Assembly (NCBI GenBank): GCA_965116925.1
Contig: OZ220744.1
Span: forward strand, 3,584,001-3,648,000
Origin: Candidatus Poribacteria bacterium
GTDB taxonomy: Bacteria > Poribacteria > WGA-4E > PCPOR2b
Length of the DNA stretch: 64,000 nucleotides
Direction: 5' to 3'
Under the pieces are notes generated by a model. The model did not search any database, was not told the DNA's origin, and saw nothing but the letters and a program-made list of their open reading frames with translations. The position numbers and the translations under genes were made by a program. Shown here one piece after another: positions 37,622 to 47,382 of the stretch. How positions within the stretch are numbered: the first letter of the stretch is position 1; each line of letters begins with the position of its first letter.

Positions 37622-39382
37622 TCAATCTCTGTCCCAAGGGAATAGGAGCGTTGGTTGATTTGCATAACGTTTCATCTTGAGAACGATACGACTACCTGTG
37701 CCGGGAGCCAGACGGACGGTAAGAGCGGATTTGTCTATCGACACGGTTTTGTCATCGGTAGCGGCACTGACAAGCTGGTGTTCGGCATACGCGCCGCCCT
37801 GAACGATAACCGTCCGCTCTTCGATGGGGTTGATGTTGACAAGCGAGAGCGTCGTCTCGTCATCGGTCAACTTCTCGACGAGTGCGGCGACATCTTCCGG
37901 TATCCCAGCGCGACGGTTCGCAGGATCGAAATAGCGGACGCGACAGTGTAGGGGTTCACCGAATCGCGGTGTGATGCCACCGAGCATCAGTTCTATTAGA
38001 CTGCTGCCCACCGCAGGGTTAAAAGCCAACGTGTCGTCCGAGAGTCGCGTATCCGGCGTTGTGGTATCCTCATGCATCCCCTGCATTTTCCGGCGGAGTG
38101 TGCTGAAGTCGCGTCGGAACGCCTCTGTCGGATAGTCCGGATTATTTCCTTCCAGATATCCGATCCAGCCGTCCGTGGGCAGCCACTTGAGGACATCACG
38201 GTTCATCGACCAGTAGTAGACATCTAACGCGCCTTGATTGTACGGCTGCGGCTTGTAGCTGTACCAACCATCGTCTCCATACATACTGGGATACATCACC
38301 TGACCGTCGATTGTTTTCTGGTTTGAATTGATCGTCTCAATCATTTTCCGCCACACATCGACATAGCTTTGGTCGCCTGTAGCAAGCAGGGCATTTCCAA
38401 AACCGGCAACCCCTCGCACATGGGCGTTGCGATCTGCCAATGCGCCCGTTTGCGGAACGACAACGGTGAATCCCCAACCGTAGCACCCGCCGTACCATTT
38501 GCCATCGCACTCCCCTCCGATTGTGCCGTCCAGACCGATATTAGAGGGGATAATCCCGCCGTTGGCAGCTGTCCGCTCCGCCCAAGCGTCAACGTACTCA
38601 AGGAGCCACGTTTTGTATTTCTCTTCACCGGTGACCATATAGGCGTTGATCGCAAGGGTTGTCGAAGCAAGATTCAGTGGATGGTCGCCGACGATGTCGG
38701 TATAGTCCTTGAAATGCGCTAACATCTCCTCGAAATTACGCTCGCCATGTTTCGCATCGAAACGTCCTTCAACTTCGATCGGATCACCCGCCCAATCCAG
38801 CGCAGTCGCTTTGCGGAGGAGGGGACCTCGACTGCCGTTGAACATACTGCGGATAATTTTATGTTCCGGGTCGTAGTTCGGAGCCTGGGGATCTTCGTTC
38901 ATGTAGAGGCCGGCGAAACGTCTCACCCGATTTTGGAAGGTGCGATCGTAGGGATCCGACAATCCTTGCAGGTTAAAGACCGCAAGCCCTTCGCCGTGAT
39001 GAAACCAGTCGAACATGACGGAGAACTCCTTATAATACATCCCCTCGCGGGCGATTGGGACCTCCACTGTTTTCGCTTCTGTATATTGCAGTAGGTGTCC
39101 CTCCCATGCCAGTTTATACATTTCCAAGATGCTATCTGAGGCACCGAGCGCGTGCAAGATGGGCCAACCTGTGAGATTTTCGATGGCATCGTCGGGACCG
39201 TCGTTCCCGCCCCAGCGCGGGATGCAGATCAGATAACCACGTTCGTCAAAATAGCGGTCAAAAAATGTCTCACAGGCGAGGGTTTGGGCGTGGATAAGTT
39301 CCCGCTCCAAAAGTGCCCAATTTGGCGGTGGAAGGGGTGTATCTATCGTAAGGGTGTTTCTATTCACATTTGGTATCGGCAT
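37622..39382 (-). CDS. Conserved hypothetical protein, possibly an (alpha/alpha)-barrel carbohydrate-active enzyme
   Basis: 586-aa ORF rich in W/G/D; RBS AAGGAG; function not identifiable by eye. Confidence 0.75.
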   Translation of the reverse strand: MPIPNVNRNTLTIDTPLPPPNWALLERELIHAQTLACETFFDRYFDERGYLICIPRWGGNDGPDDAIENLTGWPILHALGASDSILEMYKLAWEGHLLQYTEAKTVEVPIAREGMYYKEFSVMFDWFHHGEGLAVFNLQGLSDPYDRTFQNRVRRFAGLYMNEDPQAPNYDPEHKIIRSMFNGSRGPLLRKATALDWAGDPIEVEGRFDAKHGERNFEEMLAHFKDYTDIVGDHPLNLASTTLAINAYMVTGEEKYKTWLLEYVDAWAERTAANGGIIPSNIGLDGTIGGECDGKWYGGCYGWGFTVVVPQTGALADRNAHVRGVAGFGNALLATGDQSYVDVWRKMIETINSNQKTIDGQVMYPSMYGDDGWYSYKPQPYNQGALDVYYWSMNRDVLKWLPTDGWIGYLEGNNPDYPTEAFRRDFSTLRRKMQGMHEDTTTPDTRLSDDTLAFNPAVGSSLIELMLGGITPRFGEPLHCRVRYFDPANRRAGIPEDVAALVEKLTDDETTLSLVNINPIEERTVIVQGGAYAEHQLVSAATDDKTVSIDKSALTVRLAPGTGSRIVLKMKRYANQPTLLFPWDRD

Positions 39383-39442
39383 AATTTATCTCCTTTGTGT
39401 TGGTACATTGGTTCATTAAGCTAGTGGGCGATATATTCTTTT

Positions 39443-39744
39443 GTAGGGGTTGGGTTTCCCAACCCGTTGGACGAGGTCACCTCGCCCCTACGAGCTATCT
39501 AGGGCGTGTTGACATTTTTGATGCTGCTGATTCGGCAACCGATGTAATCATCGGGTAATCTGCCATAAGTAGCGCGAACTGTTAGTTTGCAAACGGGGAT
39601 CACAATCTAACAGATCGTGGTACAAAAGACTGCTTCAAACTGACGGACGATATATGCTTTCGTAGGGGTTGGGTTCCCCAACCCGTCGGGCGAAGGGAGA
39701 ATCCTCGATGAAATCGGATCGGGCGAGGAGACCTCGCCCCTACG
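39443..39744. repeat. REP-like palindrome cluster with a MITE end (TAGGGCGTGTTGA)
   Basis: Two copies of GTAGGGGTTGGGTTNCCCAACCCGT, two of GCGAGGNNACCTCGCCCCTACG; 39499-39622 repeated inverted at 16157-16280. Confidence 0.75.
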
Positions 39745-39757
39745 ATAACGGGCAGCC

Positions 39758-40126
39758 TCACGTCGTGGACTGAATATGGGGAATGATTGAAAGGTCAAAT
39801 TCCCTTCTCTGTCCACTCTGGACCGTCGCTAGCATCTCCTGACAACGAAGAATTCCCTCAGTGAGCGGTTTGAGTTCAACCCCCAAATGCTGGTCACCGA
39901 AGGCTATTAGCTTTGCATAGGCTTTCGACCATTGGCTCTCCGCTCCCACATAGTTTCGGTTCAACAGATGAAAGCAGCCAACGCTCAGTTGGAGTAGTCC
40001 TTGATAGAAGGGACGATCGGGTCCCATCTCGATCATCCATACGTCCTCTAAAGTTTCGTGGCACTCGAAGTAATCGCCATTATTAAACTCTTGAATCCCT
40101 TTTTTAAGTGCTGCTTGTTTGTCCAT
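39758..40126 (-). CDS. DUF309 domain protein
   Basis: GIQEFNNGDYFECHETLEDVW...YQGLLQLSVG..H. Confidence 0.9.
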   Translation of the reverse strand: MDKQAALKKGIQEFNNGDYFECHETLEDVWMIEMGPDRPFYQGLLQLSVGCFHLLNRNYVGAESQWSKAYAKLIAFGDQHLGVELKPLTEGILRCQEMLATVQSGQRREFDLSIIPHIQSTT

Positions 40127-40154
40127 TGGTTCATTAGTGCAATGTCAGCAGAGC

Positions 40155-41468
40155 CTACCTGAACTCTTCATCGTGGTATACCTCTTCCAAGCGGGTTGAT
40201 GTAATGAATGCAAAGAATCCCACGCCCAGCGCGATTGCAAAGGTATATTCATAACCGATCCATTGGATAAGTTGACCTGCAGCTACCGGCATAAAACCGA
40301 AAGGAAATACCAGCGTGTTCATGAAACCGATATAGGTGGGGCGGTTCAGTGGAGGCGCAATATTAATCATGTATGTCATGAATCCGACCATCATACCGCT
40401 CATGGAGGCACCGCCGAGTACAAACGTCAGAAAATAGAACGGCAACTGCCATGCCTGTGGCAGAAACTGGATACAGATTGCCACCAGCGGTGCCGTGCAA
40501 GCGAGCAGTGCGGTGCAGATCAGTATCCATCGAACACCGTACCGTCCACTCATATAGCCCCATAAGATGTTCGACAGCACCCCACTGACAGCCCCAACCG
40601 CAAGGAACAGCCCAATCGTCTCATCTGAAATGCTCAATTTGTCCAAAGCATAAGGTACGTAGAAAGGCATGCACATCCGTCCGACATTGACGAAGATTCG
40701 GTACACGATGAAATCTCGATAATTCCGATCCATCTTGAGGAAATGCGGTCCCTGTTTGATGTGCTGCCAGAACGTTTTGCGTTCGGTTTGAACGGGACGG
40801 ATTGGCTCGCGGATTTTAAGGAAAACGAAAAGCGAAATTACCGCCATAAGCGCAACGCCAAAGAACAGAAGCGCATAGTTATTCGGAAAGACTAATCCAG
40901 AGTCATCGCTCAAAATGTAGCGAACCAGAAAACCGATGAATATGGTGAAAAACCCGCCGATGAAATTGCCTATACTGAAAAATCGTGCACGTCGTAACGG
41001 TTCAATCGTTTTGGAGATAATGTCCATATACGCAACGGACGACGCGCCCATCGATGAGGTGCCTAGAAAATAGAGGAAGATGAAACCCGCAGCGAGTAAA
41101 CCGTAATTCCGTGCACCGATCCAAACCGTACATGCGGCAGCGGCAAGCCACACAGCGGTGTGCACACTCATGCCGAAGATATAGAACGGCATCTTGCGCG
41201 GTTTGTGTTCGAGCAGATTGGAGATCAGCAGTTGGGGCCACATCCACCCCACTGACATCAGCGAGCCGGTCAAGCCGACGAGGGTATTGGAGGCGGTGAG
41301 CTTATAGATAAAAGCAGAAAGCACCGTCGTGCTGTCCGATAAGGAGAAAGAGATTCGCCCAAATATCCCTTGAAATATGGCGATCCAAAAGTTACGGTTC
41401 TGTTCTCGCGTTTTGTTTTCTTCCTCTTGGGGCTGTGATTCGGGCATGTCCGTTGAAGCGGTTTTCAT
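40155..41468 (-). CDS. MFS transporter
   Basis: About 12 TM helices; paralog of 41489-42802. Confidence 0.9.
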   Translation of the reverse strand: MKTASTDMPESQPQEEENKTREQNRNFWIAIFQGIFGRISFSLSDSTTVLSAFIYKLTASNTLVGLTGSLMSVGWMWPQLLISNLLEHKPRKMPFYIFGMSVHTAVWLAAAACTVWIGARNYGLLAAGFIFLYFLGTSSMGASSVAYMDIISKTIEPLRRARFFSIGNFIGGFFTIFIGFLVRYILSDDSGLVFPNNYALLFFGVALMAVISLFVFLKIREPIRPVQTERKTFWQHIKQGPHFLKMDRNYRDFIVYRIFVNVGRMCMPFYVPYALDKLSISDETIGLFLAVGAVSGVLSNILWGYMSGRYGVRWILICTALLACTAPLVAICIQFLPQAWQLPFYFLTFVLGGASMSGMMVGFMTYMINIAPPLNRPTYIGFMNTLVFPFGFMPVAAGQLIQWIGYEYTFAIALGVGFFAFITSTRLEEVYHDEEFR

Positions 41469-41488
41469 AGCTGGTTTCGGCTTCCTTT

Positions 41489-42802
41489 TTAAGCGGTCTC
41501 CTCTTCATAATACACATCTTTCAGCCGTGTTGCTATTAAAAATCCAAATACTCCCATTGCCACGGACATCAAGAATATCCCTTCGTAAGTCAGTAGCCCT
41601 ACCAGTCTGCCTGCTAACACCGGCATGAAACCACACGGAAATAGTATCGTGTTCATAAAACCGAGATAGGTCGGACGAACTTTGGGCGGTGCGATATTGA
41701 TCATATACGTCATAAAGCCGACCATCATACCGCTCATCGCTCCGCCGTTGAGGGCAAAAATTGACAGGTAGACGGGCACCCGCCAAGCCGGCGACAGGTA
41801 CTGCACAAAAACAACGATCAAGGGCGATGCCCAAGCCATTGCTGATGTGAGAATCAGGATCCACCGTTCACCATATTTCTCTGCGGCGTAGATCCATAAA
41901 AAGTTTGAGATGACACCACTGGCTGCGCTGACAGCAATGAACAGTCCAATCGTCGCTTCGGGAATTGCTAGTTTGTTCAGTGCATACGGGACGTAGAAGG
42001 GACCACACATCCCTGCGGCATGGCCGAAGATCCGAAAATACAGGAATAATCGATAATTTCGGTCTGTCCGAATAAATTGCGGTCCCTGCTTCAGATGTTG
42101 TCGAAGGGTGCGGCGTGTGGATTGGACCGGGCTAATAGGTTCACGGATTCTCAGAAAAATAGCGCACGCCATGCCAACAGAGACAGCACCACAGGCAAAC
42201 AGGATCGCGTAGTTATGTGGAAACGCTAATCCGAAATCATCGTCCAAGACATATCGGACAAAAAAACCGATGAAGAAGCTACAGATCCCGCCGGTGATGT
42301 TACGCAAACTAAAAAACCGTGCGCGCCGATGCGGTCCTATTGCCTTAGAAATAATATCCATGTACGGAATCGTCGAAACACCCATCGACGAAGAGCCGAC
42401 AAAATAAAAACAGAGAAGACAGGCAGCAAGCAGCCCGAAGTCACGAGGACCGATGAGCAGCGTGGACAGAAAAATTGCGACCCATGCGAAAGTACGGATA
42501 CCCATACCGAGCGCGTAGAAGGGCATCTTGCGGGGGCGATGTTCTAGGAGATTTGAGATAAGTAGCTGAGGCCACATCCAACCAGCAGTGCCGATTGAAC
42601 CGACCAACCCAACGAGGGTATTTGAGTTGGTGAGTCTATAAACAAAAGCGGAGAGGACAGTCGTGGAATCAGCAAAAGCGAAGGAGATGCGTATAAATGT
42701 GCCTTGAGCGACAGCTAAGAAAAAGGTGCGTTTCTGTTCTTTGGCTTTGTCTTCTCCACTCTGTGACTCTGTCTCTAGTGTATCAGTTGACGCAATTTTC
42801 AT
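41489..42802 (-). CDS. MFS transporter
   Basis: About 12 TM helices; tandem paralog. Confidence 0.9.
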   Translation of the reverse strand: MKIASTDTLETESQSGEDKAKEQKRTFFLAVAQGTFIRISFAFADSTTVLSAFVYRLTNSNTLVGLVGSIGTAGWMWPQLLISNLLEHRPRKMPFYALGMGIRTFAWVAIFLSTLLIGPRDFGLLAACLLCFYFVGSSSMGVSTIPYMDIISKAIGPHRRARFFSLRNITGGICSFFIGFFVRYVLDDDFGLAFPHNYAILFACGAVSVGMACAIFLRIREPISPVQSTRRTLRQHLKQGPQFIRTDRNYRLFLYFRIFGHAAGMCGPFYVPYALNKLAIPEATIGLFIAVSAASGVISNFLWIYAAEKYGERWILILTSAMAWASPLIVVFVQYLSPAWRVPVYLSIFALNGGAMSGMMVGFMTYMINIAPPKVRPTYLGFMNTILFPCGFMPVLAGRLVGLLTYEGIFLMSVAMGVFGFLIATRLKDVYYEEETA

Positions 42803-42885
42803 AGTGTGTTTGATTTACCTCAAACCTCGAAATATGAAGGAAGATTTATAATGCAGAGAAACGGGGATAAGTTCCTAGTGTAAAC

Positions 42886-43166
42886 TATAGTGGATTTTAG
42901 AATTAATGAGACGCTCCAAACCGGTGCGGTTAGATGAAGATTAAAAAAACAGTTCGGTAATTTGCTAGCGACACCGGCGCGGTTGAAAACCGCGCCTACC
43001 GTGTGTTTCGAGGAAAATAGGGATTACCGATTTAAATACTTAAACTTCATGAAACCGCACCTACCGGTCCCGATAAATCAACACGATTTGGCAATTTGTC
43101 AGGGCCCTGTCAGGTCTAAACTCTGAAATGCGTAGATCCTGGTCTATTCACTTTGCGTAAGTCCTA
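42886..43166. mobile_element. Composite MITE remnants
   Basis: Left end TATAGTGGATTTTAGAATTAATG as at 63425; inner ATGAAG...CTTCAT element; right end TGCGTAAGTCCTA. Confidence 0.65.
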
Positions 43167-43357
43167 ACTACACTTTTGTCTTGTGGGTTAATCCAAAGTC
43201 AACGGGAGCCGCTGATTTTTAGGAGCGACTTTGAAACAATCCCCGTAAAATGGATGATTGTCATGGATAATCGATCTGTGATATTATACCCTATGTTAGG
43301 TCTTTTGTGCATTATGTATTATGGCACATTTCACAAAATTTGAGAAAGGAAATTACA

Positions 43358-44305
43358 ATGTCCAAACCAAAAGTCTTAATCGCACACCGCCCGGGCCCAG
43401 AAATTGAAGCCATGCTCGCAGATGCCCCATCGGAACTTGATATCCAATTCTTGCCCGAAGGCGAAAAACTCGGCGATCATGTCTCGGATGCTGAAATTGT
43501 CTACGGCACCGTCGGTGAATCAGATTTTCCTCAAGCGAAAGCGTTGCGCTGGATACAACAACCCTTTGTCGGTGTTGAATGGGCGCGGTTCCCCGCCTTC
43601 ATGGAGAGCGATGTAAGCCTCGTCAACAGCCGCGTATTGTACGGTCCCCAGATTGCCGAACACGCCTTCGCGCTCCTGCTCTCGCTGACGCGAGGCATTA
43701 TCACCCAACTCGATTTCATGAGACACAAGCACTGGGAATGGACGCCAACCATCGAAATTGCAGGCATGACCATGTGCATTCTTGGGCTTGGCGGTATCGG
43801 TCGTGCTGTCGCGGTAAGGGCGAAGGCGTTCGACTGTAAGGTGATCGCTGTCGATAAAGAACCTGTCGAAAAGCCGGATACGGTTGATGAGCTCGGTCAG
43901 ATGGACTCGCTGCTCGATTTCCTCGCCCAGACCGACATTCTGATGGTCTGCTGTCCGATTACACCGGAGACGCACAAACTGCTATCGCACGATCAGTTCA
44001 GTGCGATGCCGGAAGGCAGTTATATCGTCAATGTCAGCCGCGGCAAAGTGGTTGATGAAGATGCTATGATCGCTGCACTTGATAGTGGTAGGTTGGCGGG
44101 AGCGGGGCTGGATGTCACCTACACGGAACCGTATCCTGAAGATGGACCGCTATGGATGAGACCGAATGTGATTTTGGCGTCTCACACCGCGGGTGGATCC
44201 CAGAACATTGGCAAGCGTGCGATGGAGCTGTTTATTGAGAACCTACACCACGATGTTAAGGGTGAACCGTTGGTCAATAAAATCGACAAGGAAAAGGGGT
44301 ATTAG
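43358..44305 (+). CDS. D-2-hydroxyacid dehydrogenase
   Basis: ILGLGGIG, IVNVSRGKVVDE, GAGLDVTYTEP, SHTAG. Confidence 0.92.
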   Translation: MSKPKVLIAHRPGPEIEAMLADAPSELDIQFLPEGEKLGDHVSDAEIVYGTVGESDFPQAKALRWIQQPFVGVEWARFPAFMESDVSLVNSRVLYGPQIAEHAFALLLSLTRGIITQLDFMRHKHWEWTPTIEIAGMTMCILGLGGIGRAVAVRAKAFDCKVIAVDKEPVEKPDTVDELGQMDSLLDFLAQTDILMVCCPITPETHKLLSHDQFSAMPEGSYIVNVSRGKVVDEDAMIAALDSGRLAGAGLDVTYTEPYPEDGPLWMRPNVILASHTAGGSQNIGKRAMELFIENLHHDVKGEPLVNKIDKEKGY

Positions 44306-44439
44306 AGGGGTATTGGGGCAGTTGGTAGGGCTAGCAGGTTCAATTCTCGTGCCGATTTCAACGGTGGTTGATGGGGTAGGAATAGATGTGATGCGTGATG
44401 GTTTGCTGAATACCCCACCACGCATCATAAAAACTGTTT

Positions 44440-44670
44440 TTAGCCACCATTGATGGCAGAGACAATCTGTCCTGTGGTTGGGTATTCTCCCGTTTCCAAC
44501 TTGGAATAAATCAGCTTTCCGTTCAGGGAGACTTCAAAGCATCCACCACCACTGGGAACGAGGGTAAGTCCTTTAACGTCTGTTTTGAATTTGCTCAATA
44601 AATCGTCCGTCAAACTGACGGCTCTGGGCAGGTAGTTTCAAGCGGAGCAGTATTCAACGCGCAGTTCCAT
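44440..44670 (-). CDS. SelW/SelT/Rdx-family selenoprotein (CxxU), 76 aa
   Basis: Hand translation MELRVEYCSAUNYLPRAVSLTDDLL...LVPSGGGCFEVSLNGKLIYSKLETGEYP; in-frame TGA at 44638-44640; RBS AGGAGG; SECIS-like hairpin CCGTCA-GTT-TGACGG downstream of the TGA. Confidence 0.9.
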
Positions 44671-44878
44671 TGTTAGTCCTCCTAAGCGTATCAGAAGTTC
44701 CCAGAGATTCGATTCGGTATGATATTCGCTTCTCCGGGCGGGTGATTTGAGTGCTTGTTAGCACGAATTGGATTCGTATTTACTCGAACCAACTGAACTT
44801 ATCCCCAGCCTTTAGATAGCAAAGGGTTCGATTTAAGGTGAGGCTTGCTGGGTGTAAGCAACCAGAGTGGAATCGTTC

Positions 44879-45103
44879 CTAATTCTTGTTTGATATTGCT
44901 TCAAAGAATCTCTGTCGGTCATCTCGAAGGTCTTGGGCGAACTGATCGAGTCTCTTTTCAAAACTTCTTAACTCTTTAGAAAATTCGTCCATTCTCTTTT
45001 CAATGCGCTGAATGTCCCTTGATGTAGGAATACCCCTAAAGAGAATAATCAAAGCAACGCTAGCGGTGATAATTTGTGGAAGGTGCTTGATTATACTTTC
45101 CAT
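44879..45103 (-). CDS. Small membrane-anchored coiled-coil protein
   Basis: N-terminal hydrophobic helix, then heptads; RBS GAGGAG. Confidence 0.7.
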   Translation of the reverse strand: MESIIKHLPQIITASVALIILFRGIPTSRDIQRIEKRMDEFSKELRSFEKRLDQFAQDLRDDRQRFFEAISNKN

Positions 45104-45371
45104 GTTGTATCACTCCTCTTCTGTAGTGCGTCTATTGTATCATTTAGGTTTTTAAGAATCAACCAAAATTGAAAGCGTCCAATTTTGAGGAGAAGTTGTC
45201 ATACATTCATCACGCCATTGGTATATTACAGGAACCTGACCATAGGGGTGAAGGGTGCGAAGGGGCACATCTTAAATTTTACAAGAAAAACTATGAACTT
45301 CGCAAGTCTTTTTTTCGAGTGATAGAAGGGCATAATCAAAAATTGGGCATAAAGTAGGGAGTTGAAAAACA

Positions 45372-46235
45372 GTGAGATTTGGCGTTGTGACCCACGCGGT
45401 GGGACATCATCTGTCGTTTGAAAAAACTTTAGCGGCGATTAAGCGACTCGGTTTTGATTTCATCTTATTGCTAACGAGTCGGGGGGCAGAACCTGTAAAT
45501 GCGGAGGGTAGGAGTGGAAGCCCATTTCCCAACGTTCTCGATTCTGATCCTGAACATGTCCGCAAGGCGATGCGTAACGCTGGGTTAGAAATCGGCGCGC
45601 TCCATTTTTCCGGGGACATCAATATCGACAGCGATGCGGGAATCGAACCGACGGTTGCGGGGTTAAAGGAGTATGCGGCTTACGCATTGGCGTTGGAGTG
45701 CAAATACTTAACGCACCCTGTTTCGAGTTGTGGCAGGTCTAAGGTGCCTACGGTGGAAAAAGCGGCGGAGATCAAACGACTCGCTGCCTGCATGAACGCG
45801 GTGGCAGAGACCTTTATGAGCGAGGGGCTGCGAATCGGGGTTGATATTCACCATACCGCGTGGGTGGAGGGTTTGGACGATTGCCGCCTCCTGCTCGACT
45901 CGATGCCGTGTGAGAACGCTGGCATTATCCTCAACATCGGACACATGACTAGCGCAGAGGGGTACGGGTGGTTGCTTGTTGATGAGTATCCTAACCGGAT
46001 ACCGGTTGTGGGTTGGAAAGACCATAGTCTGGCAAAGGATCGGCCGCGTCCCATGTGGTCAATTGAGTTGGGGACGGGACACAGTCCATTTGAACTGTAT
46101 ATCAAGGCGTTCAAACGGAATGCGGGAGACCGCGTCCATCTGATTAATTGCGAAAATGTCCCAGACGATGAGCGTTCCGCTGTCCTGCAAAGGAGCCGCG
46201 AATACCTGACGACCCTTTGGGATACTGTTGGGTAA
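45372..46235 (+). CDS. Sugar phosphate isomerase/epimerase (xylose-isomerase-like TIM barrel)
   Basis: LAAIKRLGFD, GIILNIGH, WKD...ELGTG. Confidence 0.8.
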   Translation: MRFGVVTHAVGHHLSFEKTLAAIKRLGFDFILLLTSRGAEPVNAEGRSGSPFPNVLDSDPEHVRKAMRNAGLEIGALHFSGDINIDSDAGIEPTVAGLKEYAAYALALECKYLTHPVSSCGRSKVPTVEKAAEIKRLAACMNAVAETFMSEGLRIGVDIHHTAWVEGLDDCRLLLDSMPCENAGIILNIGHMTSAEGYGWLLVDEYPNRIPVVGWKDHSLAKDRPRPMWSIELGTGHSPFELYIKAFKRNAGDRVHLINCENVPDDERSAVLQRSREYLTTLWDTVG

Positions 46236-46253
46236 AGGAGAAAGGGAAGTTCA

Positions 46254-47240
46254 ATGTTCAAGGTTGCGATTCTTGGCTATCGTGCACAGGGGTCTAATCA
46301 CCACGCGCCGTCGTTTGCCAAATTGTCCGATTGCCAGATTGTCGCTGTCTGCGACATTGTTGAGGAACGGGCGAGGGCGGGGGCAGAACGGTACGGTGTG
46401 CCAGCCTATACCAATGTGGACGAGATGCTCGACGCTGAACAGATCGACATCGTGGATATCCCTGTCAGTGAGGGGTATCGGTATGAACTTGTCATGAACT
46501 GTTTGAGGCGGGGATTGCATGTGTTCACCGAAAAGCCGTTGGCGGGAGCGGAGGGGCAGTACAGAATTCAACCCTCCGATGTACCAGTTGCCCAAGAGAT
46601 GATTGACGAATGGCGACGACACGATGTACACTTTGGTATCTGTTTTTGTCTCCACGCCTCACGCAATGTAAAGCGGGTGAAAGAGGTCATCCAGAGCGGT
46701 CAGTTGGGGCAACTTCGGCAGATCCAGGCTCGCACTGCTCTGGGATCCTGGAATCACATCATTGATATAGTGCGGTTTCTGAGCGGAGAGGTACAAGAGG
46801 TTTTTGCCTATGCCGACGGTGAGGAGATGGGAAACAAGGCGGCGTGTCTGAAGTTTGAGAGCGGTGCGGTGGGGACGTTGACAGTTTCACAGGATTTGGG
46901 GCTGCAATTTCAGATTAAGTGGATTGGTGAGTTGGGAGAGGCGACGATTGACAACATCGCGGGCACTGCGTATTGGCACCTACACGGTTCGCATGATGTG
47001 ACCCATTGGAGCGATGCACGACAGTTAGATGGGGGTACATATGGCACCCAATTCGAGGATCTAATCGCCGACTTTGTCGCTTCTATCAAGGAGCATCGAC
47101 CTTTCGTTGCAGACGGTTGGGCGGGGTTACGTCACATGGAGATTGATGCTGCAATCACGGAATCGATCAGGACCGGCAAGTCGATCCCCATTCGCCGATA
47201 CAGGTCGGATCAGGGGCGCACCATTTTAACTTTGACTTAG
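46254..47240 (+). CDS. Gfo/Idh/MocA oxidoreductase
   Basis: KVAILG...VAVCD...HVFTEKPL. Confidence 0.9.
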   Translation: MFKVAILGYRAQGSNHHAPSFAKLSDCQIVAVCDIVEERARAGAERYGVPAYTNVDEMLDAEQIDIVDIPVSEGYRYELVMNCLRRGLHVFTEKPLAGAEGQYRIQPSDVPVAQEMIDEWRRHDVHFGICFCLHASRNVKRVKEVIQSGQLGQLRQIQARTALGSWNHIIDIVRFLSGEVQEVFAYADGEEMGNKAACLKFESGAVGTLTVSQDLGLQFQIKWIGELGEATIDNIAGTAYWHLHGSHDVTHWSDARQLDGGTYGTQFEDLIADFVASIKEHRPFVADGWAGLRHMEIDAAITESIRTGKSIPIRRYRSDQGRTILTLT

Positions 47241-47382
47241 ATGACTTGGCTCAGGTGAATAGAAAGTACCAAACGCAAAGAGCGTGAAACGTGATGCGTG
47301 AAACGTAAAAAAACGTTGGTTCATTGGTGGATTGGTTCATTTTCTCAACGTGAGGAAACGACTTTTTGGGGAAGGAAAATTG

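Noticed and set aside
44690..44878. 6S RNA or tRNA-Sec call
   Set aside because: The paired region is only about 105 nt, and no cloverleaf or UCA anticodon arm was found; kept only as an unclassified low-interest finding
45169..45357. 62-aa ORF
   Set aside because: TTG start without a clear RBS, in a divergent promoter region; no recognisable motif
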